Positions 1 through 6,910 of a stretch of DNA of 42,383 nucleotides are shown here, piece after piece. How positions within the stretch are numbered: the first letter of the stretch is position 1; every line of letters begins with the position of its first letter. Both the position numbers and the translations under genes were made by a program. The notes under the pieces were generated by a model, which worked only from the letters and a program-made list of their open reading frames with translations, searched no databases and was not told the DNA's origin. The stretch is from an uncultured Erysipelotrichaceae bacterium (lineage in GTDB: Bacteria > Bacillota_I > Bacilli_A > Erysipelotrichales > Erysipelotrichaceae): the NCBI GenBank assembly GCA_900320455.1, contig ONSK01000070.1, forward strand, positions 1 through 42,383. Direction: 5' to 3'.

Positions 1-512
1 CCGCCGCGTCCTCTCAGACCGGAAGCCTTCATGACATCGATGACTTCCTGCGGCTGCATCTCTGTCAGCGCCTTGCCGAGTCCTTCATAACCGCCCATGG
101 CGATATATTCCGTAATGTCTTCCGGATTGATCTTGCCGCAGTTTCTCAGAGCGATTCTCTGTTGCTTCTCATAGAACTTGATCTTGTTGATGTCGAGAAT
201 CTTTTCCTTTGTTTCAAGGTCTTCATCACTGAGCTGCAGTTCAGTGACAACACGTCCCTTGTAAATGTGTTCGGCAACGATTCTTTCAACATCTTCTACT
301 TTTACATGGCTGTAGAATACCTGGTCAGGATAAACCGCAACGATCGGTCCCTTCTGGCAGAGACCGAAGCAGCCGGTTCTGACAACGTTGACTTCCTTGT
401 CGAGACCGAGCTTTGCGAGCTCTTCGTTGAATTTATCGAAGATCAGGTTGGAATTGCTGGCAGTACAGCCTGTACCTGCGCAGCAAAGTATATTTGTACG
501 ATAGTTGGGCAT
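1..512 (-). CDS. hydB: NADH-binding (NuoF-like) subunit of electron-bifurcating [FeFe]-hydrogenase, HydB/HndC; 5' part only, runs off the window
   Basis: Not in the ORF track; translated by hand from ATG at 512: MPNYRTNILCCAGTGCTAS...VRTGCFGLCQKGPIV...FYEKQQRIALRNCGKINPEDITEYIAMGGY...MKASGLRGRG. This is a thioredoxin-like 2Fe-2S N-domain followed by the NuoF SGLRGRG(G) FMN motif. The ATG overlaps the TGA of the upstream gene. Confidence 0.93.
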   Translation of the reverse strand, partial: MPNYRTNILCCAGTGCTASNSNLIFDKFNEELAKLGLDKEVNVVRTGCFGLCQKGPIVAVYPDQVFYSHVKVEDVERIVAEHIYKGRVVTELQLSDEDLETKEKILDINKIKFYEKQQRIALRNCGKINPEDITEYIAMGGYEGLGKALTEMQPQEVIDVMKASGLRGRG

Positions 513-892
513 CAGATATTACCCTGCTCTTTCCTTGCAGCTTCTACTGTGTATTCCTCAACAACCTTACCCTGTCCGATATGCTGTTCAAGAATCTTAG
601 CTGCTTTTTCAGGGTCTACATGTACATATGTCGTATGACCTTCATTCTTGTCGAATACTTCAACAATCGGTTCATAGACGCACATACCGATGCATCCTGT
701 CTGTGTCACAACGCAGTTGTAATCCTTCTGGGCAGTTTCCTCTACAAGACGGTTCAGCACAGGTCTTGCGCCGGCAGCGATTCCGCATGTAGCCATACCG
801 ACAACAACACGATAATCTTTTCCGCCTTCACGCATCTCAACCTTTTTGAGTGCCGCTTCACGCATCTTTTTGAGATCTTCCAAGCTCTTCAT
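512..892 (-). CDS. hydD: Thioredoxin-like [2Fe-2S] ferredoxin subunit of bifurcating hydrogenase (HydD/HndB)
   Basis: VVVGMATCGIAAGA...QTGCIGMCVYEPIVEV motif; lies directly before hydB. Confidence 0.9.
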   Translation of the reverse strand: MKSLEDLKKMREAALKKVEMREGGKDYRVVVGMATCGIAAGARPVLNRLVEETAQKDYNCVVTQTGCIGMCVYEPIVEVFDKNEGHTTYVHVDPEKAAKILEQHIGQGKVVEEYTVEAARKEQGNI

Positions 893-1443
893 AGTGTGTC
901 CTCCTTAGCCTGTTCAATTCCCTGATTGATATATTCTTTAATCCACAGCAGAATCTCCGGTTCCATCAGGCTGACTCCGTCAAGTTCCTTTCTGACTTCC
1001 ATGGATGTAAAGACAAACTGATTTGAATCTGTAGTGTATTCAAGAGTGTAATCGATATCCGGATTCGCCTGGATCGTTTCCATGGAAATCTCACCGAGAT
1101 CTCCAAGCGGCGGCGTATCGATACATTCCTTTTCAACTTCGGCTGTGACAGTTGTGCCTTTGCCGACTTCACTGTCCAGCGAGAAGCTTCCGTTGCATGT
1201 TTCAGTCAGGCCTTTCATAAATGCCAGACCCATACCGATCTTTCTGGTGGTGCGTGATGTTGTGAAGGGATCAGCAGCTTTCTTTGCCATCTCTTCATCC
1301 ATACCGCATCCATCATCGATGATGGTCATGCGGATCACGTTGTCCAGCCAGCTGTCGTAGATTTTAAGTGTCAGTGTACCTGCACCTGCCTTGACGCTGT
1401 TCATCAGGATTTCCAGCAGATGCATCGCAAGATCTTCCATCAT
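889..1443 (-). CDS. Stand-alone HATPase_c (histidine-kinase-like ATPase) protein, hydrogenase-operon associated
   Basis: N box EILMNSVKAG, G1 DDGCGM, F box DPFTTS, G2 GMGLAF and terminal GKGTTV; no HisKA or sensor domain; 4-bp overlaps with both neighbours. Confidence 0.85.
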   Translation of the reverse strand: MMEDLAMHLLEILMNSVKAGAGTLTLKIYDSWLDNVIRMTIIDDGCGMDEEMAKKAADPFTTSRTTRKIGMGLAFMKGLTETCNGSFSLDSEVGKGTTVTAEVEKECIDTPPLGDLGEISMETIQANPDIDYTLEYTTDSNQFVFTSMEVRKELDGVSLMEPEILLWIKEYINQGIEQAKEDTL

Positions 1444-2144
1444 ATGATGTCATCTCCCCACAGTTTTCTGAACACGCTGTCACGCATGAAGTTGTCAGCC
1501 TCCGACATGTCAATCAGCCGGTGGGCATCTGAATCAATGAACCAGTATGTATCCTCTTCCTTGATCCAGGGATGCGTTTCCAGAACGCGCAGTTTCTGTT
1601 CTTCGGATTTCACTTCAAGTCCGTCATATGCCAGTCCCATCGGAATAAATCCGAGCTGGGTGGTCACGCTGTTCTGTCTGTCCAGAACATGCGCCAGAAT
1701 GACCTTTCCTCCATAGGCATGAATGGCATCAACCGTCTCCTCCAGTGTCGCATCCAGCGATACAAGAAGAAGATTGTCTTCAATTCCGATGACTTCATCC
1801 TGTCCGTTCATCAGCAGCTGGTTTCCGAAGAACGCGGGATCATTTTTGATTCCCGGCATTCTCTCATCGATCCACGTCTGGAACGTCTGGCTGTCTTCAA
1901 GCTTCCGGAACAGTCCGAGCACATGAACTTCTTCAGATGTCTGGATTTCCGTGCCGTACAGAAGCCTGATACCGCAGTTAACGGCAGCTTCATGCACTGC
2001 CGGCAGCTGGCGGGTGGAATTGTGATCCGTGACCGCGATGATCTCGAGGCCCTTGATCAGTGCCATGTTGCATATGTTGTTCGGGGTCATCTCGTCTTCC
2101 GCACAAGGCGAGAGACAGGAATGCATATGAAGATCGTAAAACAT
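1440..2144 (-). CDS. PHP-domain phosphoesterase
   Basis: DLHMHSCLS, AVTDHN, EEVH, LAH and SDAH metal-binding motifs. Confidence 0.9.
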   Translation of the reverse strand: MFYDLHMHSCLSPCAEDEMTPNNICNMALIKGLEIIAVTDHNSTRQLPAVHEAAVNCGIRLLYGTEIQTSEEVHVLGLFRKLEDSQTFQTWIDERMPGIKNDPAFFGNQLLMNGQDEVIGIEDNLLLVSLDATLEETVDAIHAYGGKVILAHVLDRQNSVTTQLGFIPMGLAYDGLEVKSEEQKLRVLETHPWIKEEDTYWFIDSDAHRLIDMSEADNFMRDSVFRKLWGDDII

Positions 2145-2476
2145 TAAAGACCGAGAGCGTTCAGCTTCTGGGCTGTCTCATAGACCGGAAGTTTGCTCTC
2201 AATCAGAACGAGCTGTTCTTCTTCGGCCTTCTGGATGAGATCCTCGCTGACCATTGCGCCATCGGCAATGATCACGCATGAGAACTCACGAAGCAGCGCG
2301 ACAGCGATGACATTGTTGTGGACCTGTACGGTGATCCATGCCTGTCCCGGCTCGCCGCGTCCCATGACCCAGCTGAGAAGATCACCGCAGTAAACACCGG
2401 TAACCTCCGCCTCTGTTTCAAGATTCCTGGTAGCAAGACTGAAACCTGTTTTTTCAATAAGTTCACTGATTTTCAT
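2144..2476 (-). CDS. DRTGG-domain protein
   Basis: GVYCGDLLSWVM...AWITVQVHNNVIAVA is typical of the DRTGG/HPr-kinase N-terminal-like proteins of hydrogenase clusters. Confidence 0.85.
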   Translation of the reverse strand: MKISELIEKTGFSLATRNLETEAEVTGVYCGDLLSWVMGRGEPGQAWITVQVHNNVIAVALLREFSCVIIADGAMVSEDLIQKAEEEQLVLIESKLPVYETAQKLNALGL

Positions 2477-3659
2477 TTGATTTCTCCTTCAGAGCCGCGA
2501 GGACCCTGCAGTCATCAATCGTTTTTTCACCGTTGACGATCGCTTCCGCCATGATTCTGCATGTCTGCATGCCGCAGGCACTGCAATCATAGCCCGGCAG
2601 CATCTCCAGCTGTTTATTGACATTCGAGAAGAACTTTGTCCTCTCAAGGAATGTTCTGGTATCCTTGTTGACCTTGATCAGCTGATCGACATAGACATCA
2701 TCCGCATCCAGCTTTGCGCTCTGCTTGGACTTGGATCCGGTCAGAGCATCAATGTTGTTCTGCATGAGGAAGCTGTTTCCCCATAGCATATGTCCGCCGA
2801 TGCATCCGTTGAAGCACGGATACAGGATCAGAAGCCTGAATGTGTTCAGGAGTCCGAACTCGGCCATATCCAGAACAGAACATACCTTGTCAAAACCGTC
2901 AGCGATCAGATAATCATCATCCTTGACGATTCTGACCGGATTGCACATCTGCAGTCCCTTCTTCGAGAAGATGACTTCATCCCTGCCCTGATGCATGTTC
3001 TTCCTGATCAGCGGGAAGATATCCGCGAGGGCCAGGGAATGATCGCATTCGAATTCCATGTGCTGGTACGGATATTTCGCGATGGAAAGCTTCGCTTCGC
3101 ATTCGCAGAGATTGAAGATACCGACGTTTTTGCCTTCCAGTCTCTTGCGGATCTGCCTGGCTGCGATTTCGGATTCATAGTTGATCGGAAGCAGCGAATC
3201 CAGAAGGCCCTGGTATTTGCTGACGATCAGCCTGTTGATAACCGGACAGAATGACGAGATATATGTCATATCATCGCTTGATCCTGCCAGCAGCTGCGCC
3301 TCCTTGAGGGCAACGCCGCTGTATTCGGTGATATCAACAACTTCATCAAATCCGAGCATGCGGATCGCGTGGAAGAGATCTTCCGCTTCCTCGAGAGAGG
3401 AACAGTGGGAAATCAGCGCTCCCGGGACCATGCATACGGTATATTCATAGTTCTCAATATCCGCGAGTGTGCTGCCGTGTGCGAGCAGTCCGCGGTTATG
3501 ACAGGAACGGATGCAGTTGCCGCAGTTGATGCAGCGGTTGTCATCGACAACGATCCTGTTTTTGGACGACATTCTCAGCGCGCTGGTCGGGCACGCCTTG
3601 ATGCATTTCATGCATCTGACGCAGTGTTCAAGGGTATACGTTACAACACTGCCGTTCAT
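2463..3659 (-). CDS. Putative sensory/regulatory [FeFe]-hydrogenase-like protein (group D-like) with N-terminal 2x[4Fe-4S] and C-terminal FeS domain
   Basis: CVRCMKCIKACP and CINCGNCIRSC ferredoxin motifs; divergent H-cluster motifs SSFCP, LCECEAK and PCFNGCIGG; C-terminal LPGYDCSACGMQTC...C. Confidence 0.85.
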   Translation of the reverse strand: MNGSVVTYTLEHCVRCMKCIKACPTSALRMSSKNRIVVDDNRCINCGNCIRSCHNRGLLAHGSTLADIENYEYTVCMVPGALISHCSSLEEAEDLFHAIRMLGFDEVVDITEYSGVALKEAQLLAGSSDDMTYISSFCPVINRLIVSKYQGLLDSLLPINYESEIAARQIRKRLEGKNVGIFNLCECEAKLSIAKYPYQHMEFECDHSLALADIFPLIRKNMHQGRDEVIFSKKGLQMCNPVRIVKDDDYLIADGFDKVCSVLDMAEFGLLNTFRLLILYPCFNGCIGGHMLWGNSFLMQNNIDALTGSKSKQSAKLDADDVYVDQLIKVNKDTRTFLERTKFFSNVNKQLEMLPGYDCSACGMQTCRIMAEAIVNGEKTIDDCRVLAALKEKSNENQ

Positions 3660-4087
3660 GATTCGGGGACCTGGAATGTCAGCGTGAGCGTCGTTCCATC
3701 CTTCCCTGTCTTGATGTCAAAGTGATCAGCCACACGCATGATATTGGGAATTCCCATACCTGCGCCGAAGCCCATTGCCCTCGCTTTTTCGTTTGCCGTG
3801 CTGAAACCGGGTGTCATCGCCTTCTCCAGGTCGGGAATGCCGGGTCCCGGATCGGCGAATACCAGACGGATCGTGCCGTCGTCATCAACATCCATCGTCA
3901 CATCGCCGCCATAGGCATGAATCAGCATGTTGATTTCCGATTCGTAGCTGGCAACAGCGATCTTTCTGAGCACTTTCGGGCTGATGCCGATGGCATTCAG
4001 AGACTGTTTGATGTCGCTGCTTACCATACCGGCGCTGGCATAATCATCACGTTCGACTTTGTATTCCTTATGCAGCACGTTTGCCAT
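3656..4087 (-). CDS. RsbT-like anti-sigma factor / Ser-Thr kinase (HATPase_c)
   Basis: IAVASYESEINMLIHAYGG, DPGPGIPD, GFST and GFGAGMGIPNI motifs. Start reassigned to ATG 4087 (MANVLHKEY) because the 4195 start in the ORF track overlaps the upstream gene heavily. Confidence 0.88.
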   Translation of the reverse strand: MANVLHKEYKVERDDYASAGMVSSDIKQSLNAIGISPKVLRKIAVASYESEINMLIHAYGGDVTMDVDDDGTIRLVFADPGPGIPDLEKAMTPGFSTANEKARAMGFGAGMGIPNIMRVADHFDIKTGKDGTTLTLTFQVPES

Positions 4088-4442
4088 GAATACTATCCAA
4101 CCCTTTCCCATACAGGATGCCGCAGGCTTCATACATCGTATAATCGGTGCATACAGCGCAGATTCCCATCCTGTTCGCCATCGCTCTTGTTTCATCGTCC
4201 AGATATTTCGACCTTACAAAGACAATGAACTGCAGATCGAGCATTTCAGCTGTCCGCAGGGTCTGCGCGTTCGCAAGGCCGGTGATCAGTATTGTTTTTT
4301 CCGGTGCTGACTGAATCATCAGCAGCGCATCGCTCATAAGATCTGTCGCAAACGCAACCTCATAATCACGCGACTGGTTTTCTTCCGTCCAGCATGCGAT
4401 CGGAGCTGCTTTCAGTAATTCAGCGACTTCACGTACAAGCAT
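4068..4442 (-). CDS. DRTGG-domain protein
   Basis: AFATDLMSDAL...ILITGLANAQTLRTAEMLD...TMYEACGILY. Confidence 0.85.
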   Translation of the reverse strand: MLVREVAELLKAAPIACWTEENQSRDYEVAFATDLMSDALLMIQSAPEKTILITGLANAQTLRTAEMLDLQFIVFVRSKYLDDETRAMANRMGICAVCTDYTMYEACGILYGKGLDSIHGKRAA

Positions 4443-4446
4443 GCTG

Positions 4447-4950
4447 TTATGCCCTCAGAGCAGCATTCTTTTCTTCGGCAATGATCTGCTTCAGTTCTGT
4501 CAGAAGCTTGTTGTTATCAGTAGCCGCACCGATAACCTTGCCATCAACGACTGCAACCGGTGCAAGACCGCATGCACCAAGGCATCTTGTGGCATCAAGT
4601 GAGAAAAGACCATCCGCACTTGTCCCGTTGACAGGTGCACCTGTCAGCTCGATTGTCTGGTCAATGAGCTTCTGTCCGCCCTTGACATAGCAGGCTGTGC
4701 CGAGGCACACATTGATGACATGCTTTCCCTTCGGCTCTGTTGTAAACTGCGCGTAGAACATAACAACGCCGTATACTTCAGCGACGCTGCTGCCGCATGC
4801 CTCAGCGATTTTTTCCATCGCTTCGAAAGGAACGTAGCCGAGTTCGTTCTGTACGTCATGAAGCATGACGATGCAGGGTCCCGGCTCACCTTTGTGCTTG
4901 GCAACAATCTCTTCAATTTTGCTGACTGCAGCCGGATTTAACTTTTCCAT
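4447..4950 (-). CDS. hydC: NuoE-like [2Fe-2S] subunit of bifurcating hydrogenase (HydC/HndA)
   Basis: EVYGVVMFYAQF...GKHVINVCLGTACYVKG...RCLGACGLAPV. Confidence 0.93.
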   Translation of the reverse strand: MEKLNPAAVSKIEEIVAKHKGEPGPCIVMLHDVQNELGYVPFEAMEKIAEACGSSVAEVYGVVMFYAQFTTEPKGKHVINVCLGTACYVKGGQKLIDQTIELTGAPVNGTSADGLFSLDATRCLGACGLAPVAVVDGKVIGAATDNNKLLTELKQIIAEEKNAALRA

Positions 4951-5684
4951 CCTGTTTCCTCCTCTGTTAATTTATCAAGCATCTTATCAAACAGATGATC
5001 GATGCACTGTGTGATCAGAATCATGATGATCGTCCAGGCAAATATGCCTGCGGTATTCAGGGTGATTCTGCTGTAGGCAAGCTGTCTGCCGATGCCGGCA
5101 CCGGCGGATCCGAGGATCTCAGCCATGACGCCGACCTTGAATCCCATCGATAATGCCGTCTTTCCTGTCCTGAGCATTTCCGGGATCAGCTGGGGAATGA
5201 GTTTCATTCTCAGCCTTGCCGCAAATGTTTCAGCGTACACCGCTTCCGCCTGCCTGAGGGAAAGCGGCTCATCATCCAGCGTATTCAGAAATCCGTTGAC
5301 AAACATCGGGAACAGGATCATGAAGATCACAGCTGTCACTGCGCCTTCCGAGCCAAGCCATACCAGGGCAATAATGATATAGCTGATATTCGGAATCGTC
5401 TTTGCCAGCGAAAGAACCGGTTCAATATAATTCCTGAATCGCACCGATTCATTGCACAGCAGACTGACAGCGAGCGCCGTCACCAGTGACAATGCAGTTC
5501 CCGCGATCACGCGGAGAAGCGTTCTGAATACTGAACCATAGAAGACAGGTTCAGCAAACAGCTGCACCAGACAGATCAATGTCTGATGCGGGTAAGGAAT
5601 GAGTATGTCATTGCCGGCATATGCGGCGGCCGATCCCCACAGCAGGATAAGCACCATACATGTAAGCAGATATTCCTTTTTCAC
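4938..5684 (-). CDS. ABC transporter permease, NitT/TauT (SsuC/TauC-like) family
   Basis: Multiple hydrophobic segments; KTIPNIS, degenerate EAA loop and FKVGVMAEILG...GIG; GTG start preceded by GAAGGTG; overlaps hydC by 13 bp. Confidence 0.88.
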   Translation of the reverse strand: MKKEYLLTCMVLILLWGSAAAYAGNDILIPYPHQTLICLVQLFAEPVFYGSVFRTLLRVIAGTALSLVTALAVSLLCNESVRFRNYIEPVLSLAKTIPNISYIIIALVWLGSEGAVTAVIFMILFPMFVNGFLNTLDDEPLSLRQAEAVYAETFAARLRMKLIPQLIPEMLRTGKTALSMGFKVGVMAEILGSAGAGIGRQLAYSRITLNTAGIFAWTIIMILITQCIDHLFDKMLDKLTEEETGWKS

Positions 5685-5707
5685 GACAAAAACACCTTCC
5701 CGGCAGT

Positions 5708-5759
5708 ATTATACCATAATGAATATTCTCATCATATCTTTTTGACAACATTTTCACGA
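5708..5759 (-). promoter_or_regulatory. Extended -10 promoter (TGgTATAAT) for the permease-hydrogenase operon, with an upstream Rex-like operator
   Basis: TATAAT at 5713-5708 preceded by TGG; imperfect 7-4-7 palindrome TTGACAA-CATT-TTCACGA at 5742-5759. Confidence 0.55.
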
Positions 5760-5768
5760 GCCCAATAT

Positions 5769-5794
5769 AAAAAGAACCGGTTAAAAACCGGTTC
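5769..5794 (-). terminator. Intrinsic terminator after the ABC substrate-binding gene
   Basis: Minus strand GAACCGGTT-TTT-AACCGGTTC followed by TTTTT. Confidence 0.8.
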
Positions 5795-5804
5795 CAGGCG
5801 ATGG

Positions 5805-6740
5805 TTATTCAGCGAAAGCGCTTTCGATTCCAGTAACTCCGAATACTTCCATGAAAGATGCAATTGCATCCTTGCAGTCAGCGGCTTTTGTGATTCTGAC
5901 GTTCATGCGGTCATAGCACTTGCCGACGATCTGCGCGCTCGGTACGCCGTAGAATTCAGCACCCTTCTTTTCGATGTCAGCGATCAGCTGGGAAGGATCA
6001 TCCATCTTGACGCCGGAAGCGTAATCGGACATTTCTTTCAGCATTGCGGCATAGACATCTTTCTTCTCTTCATATGTTGCGCTGTTGACGAACAGAGCAG
6101 CCATCGGGAAGCCTTCTCCGCCCCACTTTTCCTGTACGGAAGAGATGACCTTGAGTTCCTTGCCGTTTTCCTTTGCCTTGGCAATCGCGGCTGTTACTGC
6201 CGGCTCAGCCAGCAGACCAGCATCAGCGTCACCCTTGATCAGAACAGGAATGACTTCATCAGCTGCGTTGTAAGCCGGAAGCAGATCAGCTTCGAGATCA
6301 GCGTAAGCCTTCTTGAAGACAAGACCCGGAACGGATGTTTCACCGAAATAAGCAACCTTGTGTCCGGCAGACAGCGCGTCATCGCTGTTACCAACGATAT
6401 ACAGATTTCCCCAGTCAACGACAGCAAGCAGCCTGTAGCCTGTCTTTCCTTTGGAAGCGAGGTTCACGCCGAGGTTTGTCGGAGCGACGATGACGTCATA
6501 TTCCGCATCCGGAGCGACAAACGCTGCCTGAAGATCCTGGGCGCCGTTTAGCATGATCTTCACATCGTTCTTTTCACTGTTCACGATCGGGATCAGTGAG
6601 AGAGCAGGTGCTCCTGCAGGGCTTGCAATCTTCAGTCCTTCAACTGCAGCGGCAGGTGTTTCTTCCTTCTTGCCGGAATCCTGTCCTGCGCATCCGGCAA
6701 GCATCAGAAGTGCAAGGGATGCAGTAAGTAATTTCTTCAT
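5805..6740 (-). CDS. ABC transporter substrate-binding lipoprotein, NitT/TauT (SsuA/NMT1-like) family
   Basis: Lipobox LAGC after MKKLLTASLALLM; SPAGAPALS, VAPTN and GLLAEPAVT; start at ATG 6740 with SD GGAGG at 6755-6751. Confidence 0.88.
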   Translation of the reverse strand: MKKLLTASLALLMLAGCAGQDSGKKEETPAAAVEGLKIASPAGAPALSLIPIVNSEKNDVKIMLNGAQDLQAAFVAPDAEYDVIVAPTNLGVNLASKGKTGYRLLAVVDWGNLYIVGNSDDALSAGHKVAYFGETSVPGLVFKKAYADLEADLLPAYNAADEVIPVLIKGDADAGLLAEPAVTAAIAKAKENGKELKVISSVQEKWGGEGFPMAALFVNSATYEEKKDVYAAMLKEMSDYASGVKMDDPSQLIADIEKKGAEFYGVPSAQIVGKCYDRMNVRITKAADCKDAIASFMEVFGVTGIESAFAE

Positions 6741-6768
6741 TCTATAATTTCCTCCTGGCACCTTACAG

Positions 6769-6872
6769 AAAAAAGTCTCCGTACAAAAGACAGAGACTTT
6801 CTGATTGCATATACTACACAGAATGTTCTGTCCCTTCCCGTTCAGAGAACTCTTCTCAGTCAGATGACAGAA
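6769..6872 (-). ncRNA. Candidate riboswitch/attenuator (ZMP/ZTP-like architecture) ending in an intrinsic terminator before the binding-protein RBS
   Basis: P1 UUCUGUC(A)UCU/AGGGACAGAA; GACUGAGAA junction; P2 GUUC-UCU-GAAC; 3' module AGA-AA-GUCUC-UG-UCU overlapping the terminator GUCUCUGU/ACGGAGAC-U6. Confidence 0.55.
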
Positions 6873-6875
6873 ATC

Positions 6876-6904
6876 AGTATACTCTTGATTGCTTCAGATA
6901 TCCA
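6876..6904 (-). promoter_or_regulatory. Putative sigmaA promoter for the leader RNA and ABC binding protein
   Basis: TGGATA (6904-6899), 17-nt spacer, TATACT (6881-6876); predicted start near 6868-6870, at the 5' edge of P1. Confidence 0.5.
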
Positions 6905-6910
6905 GCAATA

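Noticed and set aside
4088-4195. N-terminal extension of the RsbT-like kinase in the ORF track
   Set aside because: It lies inside the DRTGG gene in another frame; family similarity begins at MANVLHKEY (4087).
6769-6910. Assignment of the leader to TPP, FMN, SAM-I or THF riboswitch classes
   Set aside because: Only fragments match (CUGAGA and GGGAAG for TPP, AUCAAGAG for SAM-I, CGGGA for THF); the remaining core motifs are absent.
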